A stretch of 63,539 nt of DNA, filler included, from Octopus bimaculoides (taxonomy: Eukaryota), in assembly GCF_001194135.2 (NCBI RefSeq). It is 5 parts of 4 records of this genome, joined end to end, with 100 filler letters (N's around TTAATTAATTAA, not from the genome) between each part and the next. Parts side by side here need not be neighbours in the genome. Positions count along the whole stretch, not along the records: positions 1 to 17,976 come from NC_068987.1; positions 18,077 to 30,925 come from NC_068997.1; 3 more parts are not named here. One strand, given 5' to 3'. Both the position numbers and the translations under genes were made by a program. The notes below the pieces were generated by a model. The model made no database searches. It was not told the DNA's origin and saw only the letters and a list, made by a program, of their open reading frames with translations. Below are positions 12,806 through 24,145 of the stretch, in pieces (position 1 is the stretch's first letter; every line of letters starts with the position of its first letter).

Positions 12806-13170
12806 CGACAGGCTTCTTTTAGTTTCTCTCTATTAAATCTACTCACAAAGCTTTGGTCGGCTCGTGGCTATAGTAGAAGACACTTGCGCAAGGTGTCACG
12901 CAGTGGGATTGAACACGGGAGCATGTGTTTAGGAAGTAAGCTTCTTATTTCTTTATTGCCCACAAGAGACTAAACATAGAGGGGTCAAAAAAGGACAGAC
13001 CAAGGGATAAAGTCGATTATATCGACCCCAGTGCGTAACTAGTACTTAATTTATCGACCTCGAAAGGATGAAAGGCAAAGTCGACCTCGGCGGAATTTGA
13101 ACTCAGAACGTAACGACAGACGAAATACCGCTAAGCATTTCGTCCGGTGTGCTAACGTTTCAGCCACGCG
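12806..13170 (-). mobile_element. SINE family A interrupted by a family B unit
   Basis: Minus strand reads CGCGTGGCTG (A head), B unit, ...GGCAATAAAGAAATAAG, then AAGCTTACTTCC (rest of A). Confidence 0.75.
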
Positions 13171-14872
13171 TACATACGAGGCACGGCCTCGAGGTGTTTA
13201 GTCGACGAAGTCAACGCTAGTATTTATATTTGAAAGTATGATACTTATCGTATTGGACTCTTTTGTCTGACTGCTAAGTCACAAGGCCGTAAACAAACCA
13301 ATACCACTTATCAGTCAGTGACGTGGGACAAACACAAACACACCGACAGACAAACCAACACCGGTTGTTAAGCGTTGGTGAGGCACGGTACCACAGCCTA
13401 TATGTATATATTCTTTTATTTTTTATTCTTTTACTTGTCTTAGTCATTTGACTGTAGCTGCTGGAGCACCGCCTTGTTAGTCGAGCAAACGCACATAAAC
13501 ATACACACACACACACACACACACACGTACGCACATAACCACACGCACACATACACACACATACACACACGCGCATACACACTCACACACACACACACAC
13601 ATATGTATTAAGCTTTCGTGATGCTTTCGAAAACAATGACTGAATTAAGAATGACATCTTGAACTGTAATTAAATTTCAATGAGTTTGACCACATCGCTA
13701 CAATATAATTAAATAGAAGCCTCTTTCTCTCTATCTCTTTTCCTCTCCTCTATGCTTTTCTTTCTCTTTCTTTCTTGTCATTATTTCTATCTTTCTATCT
13801 TTCTCCACAAAACCAAAATTTCTCTTCTTCTAAACAAAACAAAACAACATCTTCGTTTCGATTTATACAAAAGGCGGAAGACATTTTCTGCACGTTGAAG
13901 AGTTCAATAGAACGAGCGAAATCGCTAATAAAGAATTATCCAAAATTCTGACTATTTTCTTCTTCTCAGTATAGAATATCTGTACACCACTTTAAACACA
14001 CTACACATACATACATACATACATACATACATACATACACACATACAAACATACATACATACACACAGACGCACGCGCACACACACACACACACACGTCA
14101 AAAATTTAATAAAAGCACAACAAACGGAAGATTTTTCAAAAACATAACAGAAAATTCGTAGCTTATTCCTCGTCAGTCAACGTCCAAAAGATCATTACAA
14201 TTTTGCGCCTTTAACGTTGATATATATATATATATTGACTGTATATATATTCGTGGGAAGAACCATTTTAACAATGCGTACTGCCTTAATTCTTCGAAAC
14301 GCCGGAGTTTTAATGGTGGCAGCTGATGAAGGGGATGTTTCTATGTGGCCTGCTTGTTTGTTGCACCTTGTTTACCATTTTTGTCCTTGTTCTTTTGCCA
14401 CGTCATGTACCCAGTTATGTATCTATATGTACATGTGGATGAACGTATATACATACATGCACATATATATGCATATACTCATATATTGTTTATATATATG
14501 TATATATATACCACACAGGAGTGCCTGTGTGGTAAGTGCCTTACTTACCAACCAACCACATGGTTCTGGGTTTAGTCCTACANNNNNNNNNNNNNNNNNN
14601 NNNNNNNNNNNNNNNNNNNNNNNNNNNNNNNNNNNNNNNNNNNNNNNNNNNNNNNNNNNNNNNNNNNNNNNNNNNNNNNNNNNNNNNNNNNNNNNNNNNN
14701 NNNNNNNNNNNNNNNNNNNNNNNNNNNNNNNNNNNNNNNNNNNNNNNNNNNNNNNNNNNNNNNNNNNNNNNNNNNNNNNNNNNNNNNNNNNNNNNNNNNN
14801 NNNNNNNNNNNNNNNNNNNNNNNNNNNNNNNNNNNNNNNNNNNNNNNNNNNNNNNNNNNNNNNNNNNNNNNN

Positions 14873-14908
<36 letters not shown>

Positions 14909-14913
14909 CCACA

Positions 14914-15215
14914 CAGGAGTGCCTGTGTGGTAAGTGCCTTACTTACCAACCAACCACATGGTTCTGGGTTTAGTCCTACATTGTGGCACCTTGTGAGTGG
15001 ATTTGGTAGGCGGAAAACGAAAGAAGCCCGTCGTATATATATATACACACACACATTTATATATATATATATGTATATGTATGCGTGTGAATATGTTTGT
15101 GTGTCTGTTTGTTCTCCCAAAAGAGACCGATAGAATAAGTATTAGGCTTATAAAGAATAAGTCCTGGGGTCGATTTGCTCGACTAAAGGCGCTGCTCCAG
15201 CATGTCCGCGGTCAA
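14914..15215 (+). mobile_element. Composite SINE A-(TA)n-C
   Basis: CAGGAGTGCCTGTGTGGTAAG head, GAAAGAAGCCCGTCG(TA)n, then GACCGATAGAATAAGTA...CTGGGGTCGATTTGCTCGACTAAAGGCG. Confidence 0.8.
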
Positions 15216-15226
15216 ANNNNNNNNNN

Positions 15227-15279
<53 letters not shown>

Positions 15280-16081
15280 TTAGAGGGAGAGACAGAAAGA
15301 GAGGGACAGAGAGAAAGGGAAAGGGAAAGAGAGAGTAAGCGAGAGTGAACGCGTGTATCCATGACGACAAGCTGAAACGATATTAATTTCTATAAGGCTA
15401 CGTGGGCAGAGACAGTTATTTAATCCTAATTCGGTAACCACTGTCACCTGGTTTTGATTACATTAATACCTGCTCATCGTCTACGAAAACAATTTTCAAA
15501 AGATTTTCGGTGGACATATTTGGTATAGAATACCAAAGTATTCGGCTATGACAGACCACGGGTGCCCTTTGTGTTACGCGTGATATCTGCATGCTTTGTG
15601 GAACTTGATTCCATGTTGAGTGCTTTCATGAAAGTCTTACACGTAAGACGGTTTTATGAAATGATTTGTAATCAGGCCTAGCGATCTGGCATATATTTCA
15701 ATCTGGAATTTATTTTATCGGTCTTCAATTTAACGAATCGGTAGGTTACGGCTGGATAAAATGAGACACAACACAAGGAAGCTTAAACAGAGGCATGGAG
15801 AAGAACACATACACATATACTTGTATGTAGGCATACACACACATACACACACGCACACACACACACTCACATACTTATATACATGCATACATACATACAT
15901 ACATATTTATATACATGTATATATGTAGGTAGGTGCGATATATGTATGTGTATATACATACACGTATATACATACACGTATATACATGTCTACATAGATG
16001 CACACGTACATAGATCCACGCACATATGATATAAATAAAAAATGTATACGTATATATTGTGCGTGTGTGTGCGTGCACGCG

Positions 16082-16113
<32 letters not shown>

Positions 16114-16633
16114 TGTATGTATGTATGTATGTATGTCATGTATGCATGTTATGTATGTATATATGTACATACATATATGTGTTTGTGTGTTCATATATAT
16201 ATATACGCATATGCACACACGTATAGTTAAGTATAGGTTACCGCACTTAAAGTGATGTGCCGAATAACTTTATCCTACAGATCACATTCAATCTTACCTG
16301 GCGTCTGACCCCTCACCCGGTTGTTATCCCTCCAACCACTTTTCTTCTTTTACTCTTCTACACTTTGATTTTACTTCTGATGAACGATTCACGTCCGAAG
16401 CGTTAAGACGTTTCCCTCCTTTTAAGTGCTAAGCTGATACAATATTTGCTGAAACTTCTCCTCCCTCGTCTGTTTTCTTCTTTCATTTTGTGTTCATTGC
16501 TTTCTTAAAAGGATTTGAATGAGAAATGGCTGTTATTCTAACAAGTTCAATCAGTAACGTAGGTTGAGTAACCCGTGACGAGGAGCTAAGCAAGTATCAC
16601 AGAACGGCACGCTGTTTTTTATCTTCAACGCAC

Positions 16634-16848
16634 GCAGTGAGCTGGCAGAATCGTTAGAGCACCGGGAAAAAATACTTTGCGGATTTTCCTTTCCCCGAGT
16701 TCAAATCCCGCCGCGGCCAATCTCGACTTTCAACCTTTCAGTGGTCGATAAAATAAAGTACCATTCACATATTAACATCAGTGGTATCGACTAAACCCCA
16801 CTTTTTTTCTCTCTCAAAATTAAGGCCCTTTGTGCCTAAATCATAAAC
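16634..16848 (+). mobile_element. SINE family B monomer
   Basis: GAGCTGGCAGAATCGTTAG head, GAGTTCAAATCC B box, conserved GGTCGATAAAATAAAGTACCA body. Confidence 0.8.
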
Positions 16849-16880
16849 CATTATTTATTACTAAATTATTATTTATTAGT

Positions 16881-17000
16881 AGCGGGAAGTTTAGACAGTG
16901 TCATGTGACAACTTGCTGGGGCTGCCTACTGGACCCTAGCAGCGGGAAATTTAGACAGTGTCACGTGACAACTTGCTGGGGCAGCCTGCTGGAACCTAGC
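16881..17000. repeat. 60-bp tandem duplication (2 copies) containing E-box palindromes
   Basis: 16881-16940 and 16941-17000 are near-identical; TGTCATGTGACA at 16899-16910 and TGTCACGTGACA at 16959-16970. Confidence 0.9.
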
Positions 17001-17006
17001 AGCAGG

Positions 17007-17039
17007 TATAAAAAGGGGAATTTGACATGACAATCAGTC
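17007..17039 (+). promoter_or_regulatory. Candidate Pol II core promoter (TATA + Inr)
   Basis: TATAAAAAG at 17007 and TCAGTC at 17034-17039 put the TATA T at -29 from the Inr A (17036). Confidence 0.45.
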
Positions 17040-18020
17040 GGACGCTGACACTCGTTGATGCTGCATCGAAGAGGTCAGGGAATAGAAGAAAGAAGACATG
17101 CACCCAACACCAGAGCTGAAGACACCTCCGAAAGGGTGGGGCCCCGCCACGTCAAAACGGTAGAGGAGTAGGGGCCGAAACCGGACGTGGTTCCTCCTGA
17201 TGATGTCTTGAGCTAACTGGATCCTATAAAGGAGCTGTTGTGGTAGCAGACCACGAAACATGGTTGAAATTCCTTACTGTCTCTTTTGAAATTTTGCATA
17301 CCTAAAAGAATCTTGACAAAGGGCAACCGCTCCCGTTGCTCCCGCCCACGCTACACTGCTGGTTTAAATGTTAGAGTTATCCTCATTGGTGATAGCTAAG
17401 ATGATAATGATCGTGTGATAGGTGTGGGGGGGGGGTGTAATAGGAATAATAATAGTAGTTTATGGTAATAGATTTGTCATGAATTTTGTTGTTTAGGCTC
17501 AGTTGAAATCTGATTCATCAACCATACGTTTAAAGTTTTTCCAGCAGTGACCATCCTCTTTTTTCTTTTCCATTCAGACAGTGAAATCTAACACTAACAA
17601 TACCCAATGTATAGTTTCTTTTTATGAAGGCAGTAAATCACATCACTAAATTTGAATTTGCTGTGACGTTAAGATCTAATATCATGGGGTTTGTGTTTAG
17701 CGTTGTAACTTAAACGCCTAATACGCTCTCGTCAAACAGACATATATTCAAATGCCGTGACTATCTCGTCGACTTTTGTTTCATTGTTTTTTTTTTACAA
17801 GAATACCAGCCGTAGACGTGGCTTGTGGTTCAGAAGTTTGCTTACTTCTCAACCCTCTGTGTGACACCGTAGGCAAATGTCTTCTACTGTAGCGTGGACC
17901 GACGAAAACCTTGTGAGTGGATTTAGTGGACGGGAATAGAAAGAAAAGTATATATACATATATATATATATATATANNNNNNNNNNNNNNNNNNNNNNNN
18001 NNNNNNNNNNNNNNNNNNNN

Positions 18021-18032
18021 TTAATTAATTAA
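18021..18032. other. Assembly spacer TTAATTAATTAA within 44 N + 44 N
   Basis: Identical 100-bp construct occurs four times; it has stop codons in all six frames. Confidence 0.95.
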
Positions 18033-18807
18033 NNNNNNNNNNNNNNNNNNNNNNNNNNNNNNNNNNNNNNNNNNNNTTTTTTTTTTTTTTTTTTTTTTCA
18101 ATGTTAAGAGACAAGATTTGTATAACCACATCAGAGGATGCTCTCAAAGATCTTTGTTTATGGAACGAATGTAGGTTTAATATGTGATTTGTAAAGCGCA
18201 TGTGTGTGTGTGCTGCATGCTCAAGGAAAGGTAGGAACGAATGAAGGATTATGGCATCTGCCAAAGAACAGGTCTTATTGGATGTGGCAGCAAGTATCTC
18301 ATTGATGTAGAGATAAGGAAGAAGAAAAGGGTTTTGATGTTGATTCCTTTTTCTTTAAGCTAAATAAATTTTAAAAAATCAATGCCTAACATCAGCTAAT
18401 CTTTGTGTTTTCAATTTCTTAAGCAAGTTTCAATGGTGGTATCTGGCCATTTTCCTTACTTCCATGCCCTTAATTCATTTATATCAAGACAAATTTTCAT
18501 TTGTTTCCATTTCTCTACAAAATATTCAGTCATACTAATGCTATTGTAATACTAACCACCTTTCCTAAAAGTAGCTTTCACATCTTAATTATTCAACTAC
18601 TAATATATAATTTTATGACTCTACGCAGTGCTTCATCTTATAGTTACTAAATCTTTGTTTATATTTAAGCAATATATGAGAGTGATTGACAGAAATGGAG
18701 AGAATGCTTTTCAGCTTGATGCCCTTCTATATTTTCTGCTTGGTTGAGGAATAAAATGATTTGTTTTGCTGTTCAATCTGTCTTCTAAACTACGTTTACT
18801 TTTCTAG

Positions 18808-18831
18808 CCATCAGAATTTTGCTCAAAAACA
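18808..18831 (+). CDS. CLASP1: Candidate 24-nt CLASP micro-exon (PSEFCSKT)
   Basis: CTAAAC branch-like motif, pyrimidine tract and TAG acceptor; ACA|GTAAAT donor; open in phase 0-0, compatible with the next exon; UGCAUG cluster downstream. Confidence 0.3.
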
Positions 18832-20830
18832 GTAAATCTATCTATGTATATGGGAAAAATAGACGTTTACTAAAAATAAAACTGCAGCAATTATAACAAC
18901 ATTAAGAATTTTGCTCAGTATTTAAGTTAAAAGCAAATGAAAATACATTAAATTATACAGGTTTTCATGTTTGCATACTCATGCTGTACATTCTTTATGA
19001 AAAGTGTGTTTGCATGTACCAGATGGAACATACGTGAAGCATGGTTTAAACATTTAATCTGTTGCATGTTGCCTTTTGTTGAAGCACTTGGTATGCATGT
19101 AAATGTTTGCAAACAGGATTAATTTTAAATGTTAAGTTGTACATATCTAGGTGAGATGTTTGTCAGTTGCTAATTAATTTAGTAACACCTGCAATGTTGT
19201 GTTCGACCTCAAAAGCAGTTAACTTTTAGAAATCAAGTAAATTTGGGGTTTTTTTTTTTTTTTTATGGAAAAGTAGTTGGGTTTCTTAGGACAGTTCTAT
19301 GCTCTGATTCAAGTCAAGTCTTTTGTTCATATTAGTAGTTCAACTAGTAAAAGTAATGGCAGGGTGGGAGTTGATGGAATATTGGTTTATTTGTTATAGT
19401 GTGACTATGCATGGCTTAGTGGTTAGGATGTTTAGCTTATAACCACAGTCATGGGTTCATATCCTGAAGAAGGTGGCATGCTGCGTCCTTGAGCAAGGCA
19501 TTTCATTTCACATTACTTTAGTTTACTCAAATGGCACGAGCATCAGTCATGTGCTGGTTCAGTTCTCACTGCCACCCACCTCTTTCTACCCCAATCAAGC
19601 TAGTTCAAAGGGTGGGGATGGACAAGATGTAGTCTGTCATCTCACAACTACATTGGTACCCTAAACAATCCCTAACATCCTGGTACTTGTTACCAAACCA
19701 TACTCAGTCTTGAACGACAGCTGACAGTATTTTTCTTTTTTTATTTAATTTAATATGTTCATATCTTTTTAATGCAAACCTACTTTCATAACGAAGAAGG
19801 ATTCATATGTAACCTTTAATTCCATGTTTTGTTTATTTTTGTCCGTCTTTTTTAAAATTTCTCATCTATTTCTGCATTAATGGTGCCTGCTATGCAACTT
19901 AATAATTATGCTTTATAATCTGTGTATTGTTGTACTCTTTGTCCAACTAATATGAAACATTATAAATCTATCTCACCAAACTCCATCCATATGTGCAGTT
20001 ACATTCTTCCTTTAATGAACTACAGCTTCCATTTTCTCTCATTTGTATGCAATTTATTTACTTTTGTTTATTTTAAAATTTTCTGATTTATTTCTTTATT
20101 AATAGTGCTTGCTATGCAACTTATGTTTTAGAATTCAGCTCTTTAAACTCTGTTTCCAACTGGTATAACTCCTTCAACTTCTTCTCACCACAATATACCC
20201 TGCGTTACAGACAGCAATCACACTTGTGTCTTGTGGTGCATATAGAGCACTACATACACAACACATCTCTACTACATTCTGCATCCAACATACACCGACT
20301 CCTCCTCCCACATGCAAACACACATTACACATTAATACCTAACATATCCCCCCCCCCATCCATCATCGATAAACCCGTTTTGTATGGCATACATCACTGC
20401 CCCCATCTACCCATCGTGCTGGTCCCAGTGTACAATTTGGTATATGTGATGCACTGCATATGGGATGTCCTTGCCTTCGTGCTCTGCTCCCTCACACTGT
20501 ATGCTTCCCTTCCATCATTTAATGTCACCATACTCTCATGCATGCATATCACATGCACCTTCTGTCATTCATAATGTACACCACACACCCCACCATGCTG
20601 CACAGGCTGTGCATCTCACCCCCCCCCCCATGCTACATACTGACATCCATACACTGACACATCACTCTCATCAAAAAGAAATCCATATGATACCAACCAA
20701 GTATTCAAAACCCCTACTTAATCCTAGTATGTTCTATCAATTTGTCTTTTATTTTCACAGTTATTGCTAATGATTTACTTATTTCTGGAATTTATTAATT
20801 AACTTTATATAGTCTTTTATATTCCAACAG

Positions 20831-20941
20831 CAATCATCTCTACGCAAAAGGTATGAGAGTTACGATTCTGATGATGCTGGCAGTGAAACTTCAAGTCTTT
20901 GCTCAGAGCGTTCCTTCAGTTCTTATGGCCGTACATCAGAG
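20831..20941 (+). CDS. CLASP1: CLASP (CLIP-associating protein) internal exon, Ser-rich linker
   Basis: CAG/GTAAGT boundaries, 111 nt. QSSLRKRYESYDSDDAGSETSSLCSERSFSSYGRTSE matches the CLASP RRYE..SDDDA.S..SS.CSERS motif. Confidence 0.93.
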
Positions 20942-21485
20942 GTAAGTACCACTTAGCTGCTTACATTTTCTCTTTAAAGCCACTCTTCCTTTTTACAGCT
21001 TAATTTCAAAATTATCACAAAAATTTTGTAAACTTCCTGAATAGATTTAATTCTAATTCACTGAAATGTGTCTGTGAACACATCTCAAAAAATTGTTTTA
21101 TTTGCAGTTTCTGTTTTTTTTTCCCACCAGTCATTAAAAAGAAGGTAAACATTCTTCAGCAATATTTATCTTCTTGATTATTTATTGCCTGAAAATGGAA
21201 ATAATTGAGCAGCAGGTAACTAGGTATAAATAATTTTATTTTATTTCAATTGCAATGAAGTGTACACCATTAGAGACAAAATATGGAACTCTTCAGAAGA
21301 ATAGTAATACTCATATGAATATATTTGAAACAAAAAATTCTGCAGTAATAACCAATTTAAATCTTCAAATCTCACTTGTGGTTGAGATTTGACGATTATC
21401 ATCCTCTACTTTGAAATAGCTGGTTTTGTTTATAAAACCATTTTCGGTTTCTTATTTTCTCAAAATCCTTCTCTTTCAGTATTTA

Positions 21486-22037
21486 CGAGGGTGAGTCAAA
21501 AAGTAATGCCATTTTGTTTAGGACAGGTATAATTACCAACACAGGAACATGTATCATACATCAAAATGAAGCTTATGAGTTTATTTTTCCTTTTGGCAAG
21601 AAATCGACCAGAATGACACCTTGAGCATCCCAAAAGACAGTCACCATGATTTTTCCAGCTGACTTTTGCATCTTGAACTTTTTCGGAGGTGGTGATCGTA
21701 GAGTGGCGCCATTCCATTGACTGCCCCTTTGGTTCCAATTCATAATGATGAACCCAACTGTTTCATCACCTGTTACGAGCCTTCTAAAGAAGGTGTTGTC
21801 TCTTTGATTTTGTAGTGAAGAAGTGGCTCAAAGAACAGTCAACAGAATTTTACAGGGCAGGGATACATGCTCTCATTCAAAGCTGGAACATTGCTATTGA
21901 GAGAAACGGTGACTATGTTGAGAAGTAGGGATGTGATCCACAGAGGACCAGCTTCATTTTGATGTACGATACATGTTCCTGTATTGGTAATTATACCTGT
22001 CCTAAACAAAATGGCATTACTTTTCGACTCACCCTCG
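21486..22037. mobile_element. Non-autonomous mariner derivative with 88-bp TIRs and TA target-site duplication
   Basis: TA at 21484-85 and 22038-39; arms differ at 3 of 88 nt. Transposase remnants on both strands (TGDET, QSMEWRH, VFWD on minus; KKWLKEQSTEFYRAGIHALIQSWNIAIERNGDYVEK* on plus). Confidence 0.92.
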
Positions 22038-22590
22038 TAGTTTTGTTTGTTTTTGTGTCTCTTTTCCCCTCCTTTCAAACATTAAGAGGCCCAGCATTTG
22101 CCATTTCTGGCCTCCTTTTAAGTTTTCCTGGATAATTCTTCCGTAAATAATGTTTTTGAAATATATATAGCAACAACAACCTGACAGATTTTTTTTTTTT
22201 TAACTTTTGTCATTGTGAACTTTAGAATTCTATTTCTCATGTGCGTATTCATAAAATTCAAATCTAACCAAAAGATCTCCCCAAATGTGCCACCAATCTA
22301 CCTTTGCAAATCTCGGATTGGATGTCTGTTAAGTCAAGAAGTAATAAGTTCACAGTGCATTTCTGGTTTCTTAATACTTTTACTGAATTACTTTCTCACA
22401 CACATTCTATTATATGATACATAAGTTGGCGAAATGGTATGTTAGTTTATTTTAACTATGGGCACATTTTCCTTTTCAATTTTGCATTTTGTCTATTTTT
22501 TTCTCCTTAATTTATATGTAATTTAACAATAGCAACTGTTTCTCAGACAAACTAACAATTTGTTGATATTCCTTGCTTTCTTTACTGGAG

Positions 22591-22632
22591 AGAGGAGATT
22601 CGCAAAGCAAAGATTCTAGTGCAAATGAGCAG
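22591..22632 (+). CDS. CLASP1: Candidate 42-nt alternative CLASP exon (RGDSQSKDSSANEQ)
   Basis: Pyrimidine tract with UGC, weak GAG acceptor, CAG|GTAACG donor; phase 0-0 and open between two phase-0 CLASP junctions. Confidence 0.4.
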
Positions 22633-23932
22633 GTAACGTTCTTTGTGAAGATTGGACTTTTACTATTTTCTTTCTTAGCTTTCTGAATATGTTATTTGGT
22701 TATTTTGCATGCCTGCTTGTACTGGACAGTATTTTTCATTATTTTCTCTGTCCAAAATCAATATTTTTTAGATGGGGGTCCACCAAAAAAAAGAAAAAAA
22801 AAAGAAAAATCATTATTTTTCATGCTTTGCTTCAATGATATATATAAAAAAAAAGAAAATTAATTTAGCCAAGCAATATGTATGTTCATGCTAGAGCTTA
22901 GGCACTATGAAGGAATGCATGCATATGCATCAAGATGTATGCATACATGCAAATGATGATAAAGAAATGCATTCATTTGAATCAAATTGATGGAGATCGT
23001 TACATTATTCAGTTTGAATTTTGGCAGCTTTTATTCTCAGGGATTCAATTAAACAGATTCTGAATTCTAAAACCCTTAAATCAATGTCCCTCACATACTG
23101 GGAATAATCACAAAATGGCAGTTCAGTGTATTTCTACAATTGTTGCCAATTAGCTTTTGCTAATTGGTGAATTGTCATCTCTTGTTGATCATAATGGTTA
23201 AAACAAAATGGAAATAGCTTTACTGGAGAATTGAGTTTCCCAAAAAACCAACTTGAAAATATTGATTTAATTATTTAGAAGCATTATCTGGAGATGTTGG
23301 ACCAGTTCTTATTGAACATGCCATAAACCTGCAGATTGGATGATATGCATTTATGTTGCAGATAGCTCAATTCATATCATCATGTCGTTAGTACTCTCAT
23401 TAATTAATGTTATAAGAATGACACATCATCGTTGGCTATTAATCACCTGTGATCACTTATAAGTAATAATAATAAGAGCTAGCATGTATCACAAACTTGG
23501 TGAAAGCCCGATCCATACTAATTTCTCCCAGTAGTGTTTTCATGAGAGTAGTTGAAAGCCATAACTAGTCGTATTTCTTGTTCATTTGCATCTACTAACA
23601 CTGTTAAAGTGATGGACATTTTTGTCTAGCCTAGTTAACTATAATTCATATTTGAGTGCACACAGCCACATGTGTCTCCTTGCTAGCATGGGTTGGATGG
23701 GTCTGCTGTAAGTGTAGATGTTTTCATTTCGATGAATGGATTCCCTTCCTAGCATGAAGTATTTCACCTTGAATTGGGTCTGACACTTTACATAACGGTC
23801 ACCTAGATTAGGGCTTATACAGTAACAGACTTTTACCAAAAGTATAAAGCAAAGACTGGAGAATTTGGACTATGAATCTAATTTTTATGTCATGATTTCA
23901 AAATTGTCTTTTATGACTGTAAGAAATGAAAA

Positions 23933-24145
23933 AGTGGTGAGCTGGCAGAATCATTACTGTGCTGGGTAGAATGCTTAACAGCATTTCGTCTGTCTTTATG
24001 TTCTGAGTTCAAATTCTGCCATGGTTGACTTTGCCTTTCATCCTTCCAGAGGTTGATAAAATAAGTACTAGTTGCACACTGGGCTCAATGTAATTGATTT
24101 ACCTCCTCCCCTGAAATTGCTGGCCTTGTGCCAAAATCTGAAACC
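23933..24145 (+). mobile_element. SINE family B monomer in a CLASP intron
   Basis: GGTGAGCTGGCAGAATC head, GAGTTCAAATTC B box, GCCTTTCATCCTTCC...GATAAAATAAGTAC body. Confidence 0.8.

Noticed and set aside
14511-14979. Identical SINE head on both sides of a 290-N gap
   Set aside because: Exact duplication at contig ends is most simply an unmerged overlap; the same pattern occurs around the 10-N gap at about 48180.
15529-15642. Open 114-nt stretch between TAG and GTAAGA (NTKVFGYDRPRVPF...)
   Set aside because: No pyrimidine tract and no recognisable homology; compatible with chance.
17115-17270. CTGAAGA/CTGATGA and GAAAC motifs suggesting a hammerhead ribozyme
   Set aside because: Stems I and II cannot be closed in any of the type I, II or III topologies tried.
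20200-20760. C/A-skewed tract with His/Pro-rich ORFs
   Set aside because: No splice signals or motifs; probably a heavily decayed minus-strand retroelement, too degenerate to call.
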